In this document: in pieces, positions 1-14,618 of the stretch
Position numbering within the stretch: position 1 is the stretch's first letter
Layout of the letters: each line of letters begins with the position of its first letter
Origin: Nemertoderma westbladi
Taxonomy: Eukaryota; Animalia; Xenacoelomorpha
DNA length: 45,428 nt
Assembly (NCBI GenBank): GCA_032718475.1
Contig: JAUCBJ010004873.1
Location: 1-45,428, forward strand
Direction: 5' to 3'
The notes under the pieces: generated by a model
The model's input: only the letters and a program-made list of their open reading frames with translations
Told to the model about the DNA's origin: nothing
The model's database searches: none
Position numbers and translations under genes: made by a program

Positions 1-549
1 CCTCTACCTACATACCTACCTCTACCTACCTACCTACCTCTACCTACCTACCTCTACCTACCTACTCTACCTACCTACCTACCTCTACCTACCTACCTAC
101 ACTCTACCTACCTACCTACCTCTACCTACCTACCTACCTCTACCTACCTACTCTACCTACCTACCTACTCTACCTACCTACTCTACCTACTACTCTACAC
201 CTACCTACCTACTCTACCTACCTACCTACTCTACCTACCTACCTACCTACCTACCTACCTACCTACCTACCTACCTACCTACCTACCTACCTACCTACCT
301 ACCTACCTACCTACCTACCTACCTACCTACCTACCTACCTACCTACCTACCTACCTACCTACCTACCTACCTACCTACCTACCTACCTACCTACCTACCT
401 ACCTACCTACCTACCTACCTACCTACCTACCTACCTACCTACCTACCTACCTACCTACCTACCTACCTACCTACCTACCTACCTACCTACCTACCTACCT
501 ACCTACCTACCTACCTACCTACCACCCACCCACCCATCCACCCACCCAC
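1..549. repeat. (CCTA)n / (TAGG)n tetranucleotide tract, ending in a short (CCCA)n transition
   Basis: Interrupted CTAC/CTCTAC units at 1-~230, pure CCTA at ~232-523, CCCA units at ~524-549, directly abutting satellite A. Confidence 0.95.
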
Positions 550-3500
550 AACAAGCGTGCAGCATACACAACAACCACGAACTGACTGGTCTACAGTAAA
601 AGAGGATAGATCATTAATTGGTGGTTCGATTAAAGGAGGATAAAATATTCCAGAACACAAGAGGCGCAGCATACACAACAACCACGAGCAGACTGGTCTA
701 CAGTAAAAGAGGATAGATCATTAATAGGTGGTTCGATTAAAGGAGGATAAAATATTCCAGAACACAAGAGGTGCAGCATACACAACAACCATGAGCGTAC
801 TGGTTTACAGTAAAAGAGGATAGATCATAATTGGTGGTTTGATTAAAGGAGGATAATATATTCCAGAACACGAGTGGCGCAGTATACACAACAACCACGA
901 GCAGACTGGTCTACAATAAAAGAGGATAGAACATTAATTGGTGGTTCGATTAAATGAGGATAAAATGATTTCCAGGAACACGAGTGGCGCAGCATACACA
1001 ACAACCACGAGCAGACTGGTCTACAGTAAAAGAGGATAGATCATTAATTGGTATTTCGATTAAAAGAGTATAAAATATTACAGAACACAAGATGTGCATC
1101 ATACACAACAACCACGATCCGACTGGTCTACAGTAAAAAAGGATAGATCATAATTTGTGGTTCGATTAAAGGAAGATAAAATATTCCAGAACACAAGTGG
1201 CGCACCATGAACAACAACCACGAGCAGACTGGTCTACAGTAAAAGATGATAGTTCATAATTGGTGGTTTGATTAAAGGAGGATAATATATTCCAGAACAC
1301 AAGTGGCGCAGCATACACAACAACCTCAAACAGACTGGTCTACAGTAAAAGAGGATAGATCATAATTGCTGGTTTGATTAAAGGAGGATAACATATCCCA
1401 GAACACAAGAGGCGCGGCATACACAACAACCACGAGCAGACCGGTCTACAGAAAAGAGGTAGAACATTAATTGGTGGTTCGATTAAATGAGGATAAAATG
1501 TCCAGAACCACGAGCAGACTGGTCTACAATAAAAGAGGATAGAAGATAAATTGGTGGTTCGATTAAAAGAGGATAAAATGTTCCAGAACACGAGTGGCGC
1601 AGCATACACAACAACCACGAGCAGACTGGTCTACAGTAAAAGAGGATAGATCATTAATTGGTGTTTCGATTAAAGGAGTATAAAATATTCCAGAACACAA
1701 GATGGTGCATCATACACAACAACCACGAGCCGACTGGTCTACAGTAAAAGAGGATAGATCATAATTGGTGGTTTGATTAAAGGAGGATAATATATTCCAG
1801 AACACAAGTGGCGCACCATACACAACAACCACGAGCAGACTGGTCTACAGTAAAAGAGGATAGATCATAATTGGTGGTTTGATTAAAGGAGGATAATATA
1901 TTCCAGAACACAAGAGGCGCAGCATACACAACAACCACGAGCCGACTGGTCTACAGTAAAAGAGGATAGATCATAATTGGTGGTTTGATTAAAGGAGGAT
2001 AATATATTCCAGAACACAAGAGGCGCGAGCATACACAACAACCACGAGCAGACCGGTCTACAGAAAAGGATGGTAGAACATTAATTGGTGGTTCGATTAA
2101 AGGAGGATAAAATATTCCAGAACACAAGTGGCGCAGCATACACAACAACCACGAGCAGACTGGTCTACAGTAAAAGAGGATAGATCATCATTGGTGGTTT
2201 GATTAAAGGAGGATAATATATTCCAGAACACAAGAGGTGCAGCATACACAACAACCACGAGCCGACTGGTCTACAGTAAAAGAGGATAGATCATAATTGG
2301 TGGTTTGATTAAAGGAGGATAATATATTCCAGAACACAAGAGGTGCAGCATACACAACAACCACGAGCAGACTGGTCTACAATTAAAGAGGATAGAACAT
2401 TAATTGGTGGTTCGATTAAATGAGGATAAAATGTTCCAGAACACAAGTGGCGCAGCATACACAACAACCACAAACAGACTGGTCTACAGTAAAAGAGGAT
2501 AGATCATAATTGGTGGTTTGATTAAAGGAGGATAATATATTCCAGAACACAAGTGGTGCAGCATACACAACAACCACGAACAGAATGCTTTACAGTAAAA
2601 GTGGATAGGACATTAATTGGTGGTTTGATTAAAAGAGGAGTAAATATTCCAGAACACAAGAGGTGCAGCATACACAACAACCACGAGCTGACTGGTCTAC
2701 AGTAAAAGAGGATAGATCGTAATTGGTGGTTTGATTAAAGGAGGATAATATATTCCAGAACACAAGTGGTGCAGCATACACAACAACCACGAACAGAATG
2801 CTTTACAGTAAAAGTGGATAGAACATTAATTGGTGGTTTGATTAAAAGAGGAGTAAATATTCCAGAACACAAGTGGCGCAGCATACACAACAACCACAAA
2901 CAGACTGGTCTACAGTAAAAGAGGATAGATCATCATTGGTGGTTTGATTAAAGGAGGATAAAATATTCCAGAACACAAGAGGCGCAGCATTCACAACAAC
3001 CACGAGCTGACTGGTCTACAGTAAAAGAGGATAGATCATTAATAGGTGGTTCGATTAAAGGAGGATAAAATATTCCAGAACACAAGAGGTGCAGCATACA
3101 CAACAACCATGAGCAGTACTGGTTTACAGTAAAAGAGGATAGATCATAATTGGTGGTTTGATTAAAGGAGGATAATATATTCCAGAACACAAGTGGTGCA
3201 GCATACACAACAACCACGAGCGTACTGGTCTACAGTAAAAGAGGATAGATCATAATTGGTGGTTTGATTAAAGGAGGATAATATATTCCAGAACACAAGT
3301 GGTGCAGCATACACAACAACCACGAACAGAATGCTTTACAGTAAAAGTGGATAGGACATTAATTGGTGGTTTGATTAAAAGAGGAGTAAATATTCCAGAA
3401 CACAAGAGGTGCAGCATACACAACAACCACGAGCTGACTGGTCTACAGTAAAAGAGGATAGATCGTAATTGGTGGTTTGATTAAAGGAGGATAATATATT

Positions 3501-6500
3501 CCAGAACACAAGTGGTGCAGCATACACAACAACCATGAACAGAATGCTTTACAGTAAAAGTGGATAGAACATTAATTGGTGGTTTGATTAAAAGAGGAGT
3601 AAATATTCCAGAACACAAGTGGCGCAGCATACACAACAACCACAAACAGACTGGTCTACAGTAAAAGAGGATAGATCATCATTGGTGGTTTGATTAAAGG
3701 AGGATAAAATATTCCAGAACACAAGAGGCGCAGCATTCACAACAACCACGAGCTGACTGGTCTACAGTAAAAGAGGATAGATCATTAATAGGTGGTTCGA
3801 TTAAAGGAGGATAAAATATTCCAGAACACAAGAGGTGCAGCATACACAACAACCATGAGCGTACTGGTTTACAGTAAAAGAGGATAGATCATAATTGGTG
3901 GTTTGATTAAAGGAGGATAATATATTCCAGAACACGAGTGGCGCAGTATACACAACAACCACGAGCAGACTGGTCTACAATAAAAGAGGATAGAACATTA
4001 ATTGGTGGTTCGATTAAATGAGGATAAAATGTTCCAGAACCACGAGCAGACTGGTCTACAATAAAAGAGGATAGAAGATAAATTGGTGGTTCGATTAAAA
4101 GAGGATAAAATGTTCCAGAACACGAGTGGCGCAGTATACACAACAACCACGAGCAGACTGGTCTACAGTAAAAGAGGATAGATCATCATTGGTGGTTTGA
4201 TTAAAGGAGGATAAAATATTCCAGAACACAAGAGGCGCAGCATTCACAACAACCACGAGCTGACTGGTCTACAGTAAAAGAGGATAGATCATTAATAGGT
4301 GGTTCGATTAAAGGAGGATAAAATATTCCAGAACACAAGAGGTGCAGCATACACAACAACCACGAGCAGACTGGTCTACAGTAAAAGAGGATAGATCATT
4401 AATAGGTGGTTCGATTAAAGGAGGATAAAATATTCCAGAACACAAGAGGTGCAGCATACACAACAACCATGAGCGTACTGGTTTACAGTAAAAGAGGATA
4501 GATCATAATTGGTGGTTTGATTAAAGGAGGATAATATATTCCAGAACACGAGTGGCGCAGTATACACAACAACCACGAGCAGACTGGTCTACAATAAAAG
4601 AGGATAGAACATTAATTGGTGGTTCGATTAAATGAGGATAAAATGTTCCAGAACCACGAGCAGACTGGTCTACAATAAAAGAGGATAGAAGATAAATTGG
4701 TGGTTCGATTAAAAGAGGATAAAATGTTCCAGAACACGAGTGGCGCAGCATACACAACAACCACGAGCAGACTGGTCTACAGTAAAAGAGGATAGATCAT
4801 TAATTGGTATTTCGATTAAAAGAGTATAAAATATTACAGAACACAAGATGTGCATCATACACAACAACCACGATCCGACTGGTCTACAGTAAAAAAGGAT
4901 AGATCATAATTTGTGGTTCGATTAAAGGAAGATAAAATATTCCAGAACACAAGTGGCGCACCATGAACAACAACCACGAGCAGACTGGTCTACAGTAAAA
5001 GATGATAGTTCATAATTGGTGGTTTGATTAAAGGAGGATAATATATTCCAGAACACAAGTGGCGCAGCATACACAACAACCACAAACAGACTGGTCTACA
5101 GTAAAAGAGGATAGATCATAATTGCTGGTTTGATTAAAGGAGGATAACATATCCCAGAACACAAGAGGCGCGGCATACACAACAACCACGAGCAGACCGG
5201 TCTACAGAAAAGGATGGTAGAACATTAATTGGTGGTTCGATTAAATGAGGATAAAATATTTCAGAACACGAGTGGCGCAGCATACACAACAACCACGAGC
5301 ATACTGGTCTACAGTAAAAGAGGATAGATCATCATTGGTGGTTTGATTAAAGGATGATAATATATTCCAGAACACAGGAGGTGCAGCATACACAACAACC
5401 ACGAGCCGACTGGTCTACAGTAAAAGAGGATATATCATAATTGGTGGTTTGATTAAAGGAGGATAATATATTCCAGAACACAAGAGGCGCGACATACACA
5501 ACAACCACGAGCAGACTGGTCTACAGTAAAAGAGGATAGATCATAATTGGTGGTTCGATTAAAAGAGGATAATATATTCCAGAACACAAGAGGCACAGTA
5601 TACACAACAACCACGAGCCGATTGGTCTTCAGTAAAAGACGATAGATCATTAATTGGTGGTTCGATTAAAGGAGGATAATATATTCCAGAACACAAGTGG
5701 CGCAGCATACACAACAACCACAAACAGACTGGTCTACAGTAAAAGAGGATAGATCATCATTGGTGGTTCGATTAAAGGAGGATAAAATATTCCAGAACAC
5801 AAGAGGTGCAGCATACACAACAACCACGAGCTGACTGGTCTACAGTAAAAGAGGATAGATCATAATTGGTGGTTTGATTAAAGGAGGATAATATATTCCA
5901 GAACACAAGTGGTGCAGCATACACAACAACCACGAACAGAATGCTTTACAGTAAAAGTGGATAGAACATTAATTGGTGGTTTGATTAAAAGAGGAGTAAA
6001 TATTCCAGAACACAAGAGGTGCAGCATACACAACAACCACGAGCAGACTGGTCTACAATTAAAGAGGATAGAACATTAATTGGTGGTTCGATTAAATGAG
6101 GATAAAATGTTCCAGAACACAAGTGGCGCAGCATACACAACAACCACAAACAGACTGGTCTACAGTAAAAGAGGATAGATCATAATTGGTGGTTTGATTA
6201 AAGGAGGATAATATATTCCAGAACACAAGTGGTGCAGCATACACAACAACCACGAACAGAATGCTTTACAGTAAAAGTGGATAGAACATTAATTGGTGGT
6301 TTGATTAAAAGAGGAGTAAATATTCCAGAACACAAGAGGTGCAGCATACACAACAACCACGAGCTGACTGGTCTACAGTAAAAGAGGATAGATCGTAATT
6401 GGTGGTTTGATTAAAGGAGGATAATATATTCCAGAACACAAGTGGTGCAGCATACACAACAACCACGAACAGAATGCTTTACAGTAAAAGTGGATAGAAC

Positions 6501-9500
6501 ATTAATTGGTGGTTTGATTAAAAGAGGAGTAAATATTCCAGAACACAAGTGGCGCAGCATACACAACAACCACAAACAGACTGGTCTACAGTAAAAGAGG
6601 ATAGATCATCATTGGTGGTTTGATTAAAGGAGGATAAAATATTCCAGAACACAAGAGGCGCAGCATTCACAACAACCACGAGCTGACTGGTCTACAGTAA
6701 AAGAGGATAGATCATTAATAGGTGGTTCGATTAAAGGAGGATAAAATATTCCAGAACACAAGAGGCGCAGCATTCACAACAACCACGAGCTGACTGGTCT
6801 ACAGTAAAAGAGGATAGATCATTAATAGGTGGTTCGATTAAAGGAGGATAAAATATTCCAGAACACAAGAGGTGCAGCATACACAACAACCACGAGCAGA
6901 CTGGTCTACAGTAAAAGAGGATAGATCATTAATAGGTGGTTCGATTAAAGGAGGATAAAATATTCCAGAACACAAGAGGTGCAGCATACACAACAACCAT
7001 GAGCGTACTGGTTTACAGTAAAAGAGGATAGATCATAATTGGTGGTTTGATTAAAGGAGGATAATATATTCCAGAACACGAGTGGCGCAGTATACACAAC
7101 AACCACGAGCAGACTGGTCTACAATAAAAGAGGATAGAACATTAATTGGTGGTTCGATTAAATGAGGATAAAATGTTCCAGAACCACGAGCAGACTGGTC
7201 TACAATAAAAGAGGATAGAAGATAAATTGGTGGTTCGATTAAAAGAGGATAAAATGTTCCAGAACACGAGTGGCGCAGTATACACAACAACCACGAGCAG
7301 ACTGGTCTACAGTAAAAGAGGATAGATCATCATTGGTGGTTTGATTAAAGGAGGATAAAATATTCCAGAACACAAGAGGCGCAGCATTCACAACAACCAC
7401 GAGCTGACTGGTCTACAGTAAAAGAGGATAGATCATTAATAGGTGGTTCGATTAAAGGAGGATAAAATATTCCAGAACACAAGAGGTGCAGCATACACAA
7501 CAACCACGAGCAGACTGGTCTACAGTAAAAGAGGATAGATCATTAATAGGTGGTTCGATTAAAGGAGGATAAAATATTCCAGAACACAAGAGGTGCAGCA
7601 TACACAACAACCATGAGCGTACTGGTTTACAGTAAAAGAGGATAGATCATAATTGGTGGTTTGATTAAAGGAGGATAATATATTCCAGAACACGAGTGGC
7701 GCAGTATACACAACAACCACGAGCAGACTGGTCTACAATAAAAGAGGATAGAACATTAATTGGTGGTTCGATTAAATGAGGATAAAATGTTCCAGAACCA
7801 CGAGCAGACTGGTCTACAATAAAAGAGGATAGAAGATAAATTGGTGGTTCGATTAAAAGAGGATAAAATGTTCCAGAACACGAGTGGCGCAGTATACACA
7901 ACAACCACGAGCAGACTGGTCTACAGTAAAAGAGGATATATCAGTAATTGGTGGTTTGATTAAAAGAGGATTAAATATTCCAGAACACAAGAGGTGCAGC
8001 ATACACAACAACCACGCCCAGACTGGTCTACAGTAAAATAGGATATATAATTAATTGGTGGTTTGATTAAAAGAGGATTAAATATTCCAGAACACAAGAG
8101 GTGCAGCATACACAACAACCACGAGCAGACTGGTCTACAATAAAAGAGGATAGAACATTAATTGGTGGTTCGATTAAAAGAGTATAAAATATTCCAGAAC
8201 ACAAGAGGTGCAGCATACACAACAACCACGCCCAGACTGGTCTACAGTAAAATAGGATATATAATTAATTGGTGGTTTGATTAAAAGAGGATTAAATATT
8301 CCAGAACACAAGAGGTGCAGCGTACACAACAACCGCGAGCCGACTGGTCTACAAAAAAAGAGGATAGAACATTAATTGGTGGTTCGATTAAAAGTGTATA
8401 AAATATTCCAGAACACGAGTGGCGCAGTATACACAACAACCACGAGCAGACTGGTCTACAGTAAAAGAGGATATATCATTAATTGGTGGTTTGATTAAAA
8501 GAGGATTAAATATTCCAGAACACAAGAGGTGCAGCATACACAACAACCACGCCCAGACTGGTCTACAGTAAAAGAGGATGATAGATCATTAATTGGTGGT
8601 TTGATTAAAAGAGGATAATATATTCCAGAACACAAGTGGCGCAGCATACACAACAACCACAAACAGACTGGTCTACAGTAAAAGAGGATAGATCATAATT
8701 GGTGGTTTGATTAAAAGATGATACTATATTCCAGAACACAAGAGGCGCAGTATACACAACAACCACGAGCCGATTGGTCTACAGTAAAAGAGGATAGATC
8801 GTAATTGGTGGTTTTATTAAAAGATGATTAAATATTACAGAACACAAGAGGTGCAGCATACATAACAACCACGAGCATACTGGTCTACAGTAAAAGAGGA
8901 TAGATCATTAATTGGTATTTCGATTAAAAGAGTATAAAATATTCCAGAACAAAAGAGGTGCAGCATACACAACAACCACTGGCAGACTGGTATACAGTAA
9001 AATAGGATAGATCATTAATTGATGGTTCGATTAAAGGAGGATAAAATATTCCAGAACACAAGTGGCGCAGCGTACACAACAACCACGAGCAGACTGGTCT
9101 ACAGTAAAAGAGGATAGTTCATAATTGGTGGTTTGATTAAAGGAGGATAATATATTCCAGAACACAAGTGGCGCAGCATACACAACAACCACAAACAGAC
9201 TGGTCTACAGTAAAAGAGGATAGATCATCATTGGTGGTTTGATTAAAGGATTATAATATATTCCAGAACACAGGAGGTGCAGCATACACAACAACCACGA
9301 GCCGACTGGTCTACAGTAAAAGAGGATAGATCATAATTGGTGGTTTGATTAAAGGAGGATAATATATTCCAGAACACAAGAGGCGCGACATACACAACAA
9401 CCACGAGCAGACTGGTCTACAGTAAAAGAGGATAGATCATAATTGGTGGTTCGATTAAAAGAGGATAATATATTCCAGAACACAAGAGGCACAGTATACA

Positions 9501-9734
9501 CAACAACCACGAGCCGATTGGTCTACAGTAAAAGACGATAGATCATTAATTGGTGGTTCGATTAAAGGAGGATAATATATTCCAGAACACAAGTGGCGCA
9601 GCATACACAACAACCACAAACAGACTGGTCTACAGTAAAAGAGGATAGATCATCATTGGTGGTTTGATTAAAGGAGGATAAAATATTCCAGAACACAAGA
9701 GGCGCAGCATTCACAACAACCACGAGCTGACTGG
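550..9734. repeat. Satellite A, 106/107-bp monomer, ~86 copies, with higher-order structure
   Basis: Consensus cagcatacacaacaaccacgagcagactggtctacagtaaaagaggatagatcat(t)aattggtggtt(t/c)gattaaaggaggataa(t/a)atattccagaacacaagaggtg. Successive unit anchors at 561, 668, 775 and 881. Confidence 0.97.
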
Positions 9735-10717
9735 ATCAAAATATATTGTGGTATGAATTAGCAAAGCATTCTAAACAAGTACGGGCACACATACACTCAC
9801 CTCGTACTTGGCAAAATATTTAGTGGAGCAAATGGATTGTGGTATAATTGGTAAAGCATTCTACACAAGTACGGGCAAACATACACTCACCTCATACTTG
9901 GCAAAATATTTAGTGGAGCAAATGGATTGTGGTATAATTGGTAAAGCATTCTACACAAGTACGGGCACACATACACTCACCTCATACTTGGCAAAATATT
10001 TAGTGGAGCAAATGGATTGTGGTATAATTGGTAAAGCATTCTACACAAGTACGGGCAAACATACACTCACCTCATACTTGGCAAAATATTAAAGTGGAGC
10101 AAATGGACTGTGGTATAATTGGTAAAGCATTCTACACAAGTACGGGCACACATACACTCACCTCATACTTGGCAAAATATTAAAGTGGAGCAAATGGATT
10201 GTGGTATAATTGGTAAAGCATTCTACACAAGTACGGACAAACATGCACTCCCCTCATACTTGGACAAAATATTAAAGTGGATCAAAATATATTGTGGTAT
10301 GAATTAGCAAAGCATTCTAAACAAGTACGGGCACACATACACTCACCTCGTACTTGGCAAAATATTTAGTGGAGCAAATGGATTGTGGTATAATTGGTAA
10401 AGCATTCTACACAAGTACGGGCAAACATACACTCACCTCATACTTGGCAAAATATTTAGTGGAGCAAATGGATTGTGGTATAATTGGTAAAGCATTCTAC
10501 ACAAGTACGGGCACACATACACTCACCTCATACTTGGCAAAATATTTAGTGGAGCAAATGGATTGTGGTATAATTGGTAAAGCATTCTACACAAGTACGG
10601 GCAAACATACACTCACCTCATACTTGGCAAAATATTAAAGTGGAGCAAATGGACTGTGGTATAATTGGTAAAGCATTCTACACAAGTACGGGCACACATA
10701 CACTCACCTCATACTTG
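9732..10717. repeat. Satellite B array 1, 90/91-bp monomer, ~11 copies (546-bp six-unit block duplicated)
   Basis: Unit aagcattctacacaagtacgggca(a/c)acatacactcacctcatacttggcaaaatatttagtggagcaaatggattgtggtataattggta. Identical ORFs at 9808 and 10354 give the 546-bp period. Confidence 0.96.
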
Positions 10718-10725
10718 TTTGTACT

Positions 10726-11444
10726 CAGTTTGTACTACTTTTACACCATGACGAACCGGCATAAACATAACATGTTGGTTTTTTATTAGTTTTATTTACA
10801 TTTTTCTCTTTTGTGGTATGTTTATTTTTTTTTTTTTTTTTTTTTTCAAGGATATTTATTTATATACATAAATATTGATAATTAATTAATAAACTAATTC
10901 GAATATTTATATTTATTTAAGTAGGCCTAATTATAAATTACCAGTGTAAAAATATTAAACTTATAGAACAAAATTTGAAAAGATAAGTGGTGAAAATTAC
11001 CATGATAGATTATGATTTGTCAATTGTGGTGCAGCATACACAACAGCCACGAGCAGACTGGTCTAAAAGAGGATAGATCATTAATTGGTTTTTCGATTAC
11101 AAGGGGATAAAATATTCTAGAACACAAGTGGCGCAGAATACACAACAACCACAATTAGACTGGGTCTAGAAGAGGACACATCATTAATTAATTGGTCGGA
11201 CACACATACCGCAGTTTGTACAACTATTACAACTTGACGAGCCGACATACAAATCACATGTTGGTTTTATTATTAGTTTTCTATTTACTTTCTTTTCTAT
11301 TTATGGTGTGTTTGTTTATTTATTTTTATTTTTTATTATTATTTATTTATATACATAAAAATTAATAATTAATAAAGTGCTTATAATATTTTAAGTAGGC
11401 CTAAATATGAATAATCTGTAAAACAATAATAAACTTATAGAACA
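10726..11444. repeat. Diverged direct duplication (~10726-10970 and ~11212-11444) enclosing ~1.5 degenerate satellite-A monomers (~11027-11197)
   Basis: Both copies run cagtttgtac...tgacga.ccg.cata...acatgttggtttt...tatacataaa...taagtaggccta...aaacttatagaaca. Between them lies gtgcagcatacacaacagccacgagcagactggtcta...aaaatattctagaacacaagtggcgcag. Confidence 0.85.
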
Positions 11445-12486
11445 TTTCTCCACTCATCAGGGGAAAATATTGATTAATTTGCATCTCTTACTAGGATTGT
11501 ATACTTTGATATATTGTGTAATTTGAATTAATTTTTTTGAAATATAATTAATGGTATCTGAAATACTAAGAAGTTTACAGAAAATTACACCACTACAGTA
11601 CATGAACTACAATTGGCGATGAAAATTGGTAAAATTAGAAGGTAGATTAAATCGAGGCATGTAAATGTATATTTAGAAGCTACATTAACACCTGGTATGT
11701 TCATCAATCAGTCATACAGCCAGAGATAAGGGAATTCCCAAAACGAAAGGGTTAGTGTACAGTAGCATTTATATGGTTCTATTTTAATAAATATTTTTAC
11801 ATAGCAATTTTGTGACATGTTTATATACAATGTTATCGATTTTAGTGATCAGGCAATGCAATGCATTTATATTTTCTGATATTAGTTTTAATTCTTTACC
11901 ATACTATTCACAATATTTCTGTGAATATACAAAAGGAAATGATAACAAATATTTATATATTTTTCCGTATTTAAAACAACTTTTGTAATATTGAAATACA
12001 TATTTATTTATGATTAGTATTATTTTGTTATTATTATAAAATTAAGTGGAAAACATTAATTTCTCTTATATATAACATATATTGTATTATGCTTAAAAAT
12101 TGATTTCGATTGGGAGATATAAAGTGTGTAACGTACCGCTTACTCGAGTAGATAATATACAAAGAATATTGCAATAATGCTAACCACTTTAAATATAGAC
12201 ATAGATATAATACGTTTTAATAATATTATATATAGAGCGATCGAGTAAGTATTCCGCTACAGTGATCAATGAACAGCGCTTGAGTAAAACAAGGAGTACA
12301 GCGCCGGAAGAGACAGGTGAACAGCATGACCCCGTGCCCGGGTAACCCGCCCATTGCACAATTTGTCATTTATGTTATTGGAAACAATATAAACAATGTT
12401 TATTTCAGACTGGTGAAAAATAAATACATACAAAGCTGACATAGCAGAAAATTAAAGTGGAACATTTGAATAAGTTATAAGAAATT

Positions 12487-13745
12487 ATATTAATAAACAT
12501 TTATATCATTAATAACTATTTCATTGATACCATATTTCGAGTTCTTAACTAAATCAGTCTACAGTAGTAAAACTAATAATCAAAATTAATATAACAATTA
12601 ACTGAAATATAGCTATATGATACTATAATGGCTGATAATCTTATTGTTACACACATATTATAAATATCGCCTATAATAACCAACTGCAGAAAATAAAGAT
12701 AACTTTATTATATCTATTGTAGTGCAGCTAAATATATAAATTAATATTTGCCATTCATATATTTATCACATCAATTCAGATACCCGTTTAAAGCAAGAAC
12801 TATAAAATAATGAATTTAATTTCACATCTCAGGGTAATTATATATTATATTGCTATATCAGAATAATTTGCAAATCTAAAAATTTAAAAATGTAATTCTT
12901 GTTAATATTACAAAGATATTTCAATCCAATATCTAGAAAGGAAGACCCTAGCAGAAATGGATTTTGAGTAAAAGCTCTATGTTTAATAACATGGAGAGCA
13001 TCCAGTATGTCGTATATTTTGACATATAATATGACTTGCCACGATCTGACAAGGTTAACATTGCTAGGTGCATTGCCACCCCCTCAACCACCCCACCCAC
13101 CTGTCACAAGAAATTAAATGAAATGAATGTTACAACCACGACAATGCACCCCAATGAAAACCCTGCATATTGCAAGGTGCACCCTGACCACCAATATCTA
13201 GGTGCACCCCAATATTAAAATAATACTTTCCTTGTTTTTTTTTTCTAATAATATAATATATATTTCATATAATATGAAAATAACTGATAATATATTTCAA
13301 CATCATAGGATTATGTTAAATATTGGCTATTTACATAGCATTTGCCATTAAATATAACTGGGTACTTTTATATTCGGTCATAGCAATTGTAATTTCACTA
13401 AAATTTGAAATTATATTATCATTTTAAAGTTTTTGCTTGAAACGGGTATCTGAATTAATGTGATAAAAATATAAATTACAAATCGTTATTGATATAAAGA
13501 GCTGCACTATAATAGGTATAATAAAGTTACCTTTATTTTATACAGTTGGTCAATATAGGAAATAAATATAATATGTATATAACAACAAAATTTACATTCA
13601 TATACAGTAGCATAGGGCTATAATTAAGTTAAGGGCTATATTAATAAGGATGATTAGTTATGCTACTGTGTACTGATTTAGTTAAGAACTCGAAATATGC
13701 TAATTATGAAATAGTTATTAATTATATGTAGCTGATTATTAATAA
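12487..13745. repeat. Long imperfect inverted repeat (arms ~12487-12866 and ~13369-13745, spacer ~500 bp); foldback/MITE-like relic
   Basis: catatttcgagttcttaactaaatcagt (12531) is the reverse complement of actgatttagttaagaactcgaaatatg (~13672). aattcagatacccgttt (~12774) pairs with aaacgggtatctgaatt (~13440). attaataactatttca pairs with tgaaatagttattaat. Confidence 0.85.
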
Positions 13746-14618
13746 AACATGGACAGCATGAGTAGAATTTACATTATATTTATTAAAAAAACCTAAAAAA
13801 TATTACTACTGGAACCGGATATGTGAAAGCATACAGCGACATCCTGTCACCCAAATATGACTGCATTATATGGAAGTGGAAAATAATATGTGGTTACTGT
13901 AGAGAAATGAAGTCAACTTAATAAGATATCTATATGGGTAATGCATAATACTAATTCATTTATTTAGAAGTTTAATAATTTTTGTATTGTTCATTTTTTT
14001 TATTATATGTATTTTTTTTATTTTTTAATATATTTACTAGGATAATATATACACGTACAAATACTACAATAATTACATAAGAAATGACATACTTACAAGT
14101 AGGCCTACAAATGATTATGGTTTTATTGGATGTACTATAAAACATTGGGTCAATGCGAGCAAGGAAATAAAATAGTAAACTATTAGAAGCATAAATAGGA
14201 ACTGCATGTTTTGCAATTGAATATTAAACTAACAGGACGGTGACCAATAGTAATACTGATATTGCTCTTAAATAATTTATAACTACAGTAGTAAGTAATT
14301 TTATATATTAATGATTAGTAACCAATATGGCTCAGAATATATAATCTTCATATTATGAAGACAATTGTGACATTATTGATACCATAATGTTTCGGATATC
14401 GGATATTGGATATCAATCATCATTGCCATAGTACTAGTAGTAAGTATGTACAAAGTAATTCATTTTTTCATTTTCTTTTTAATTGTTATATAAATTAATT
14501 AAAATATATATAAAATATTTATTGCAATTACGATTATTCAAAATTATATTTTATGTAATTTTATGTATTTGACAAAGAATGTACGACAAAGATTCCATAA
14601 TTAGTATGAGTTGGCAAT

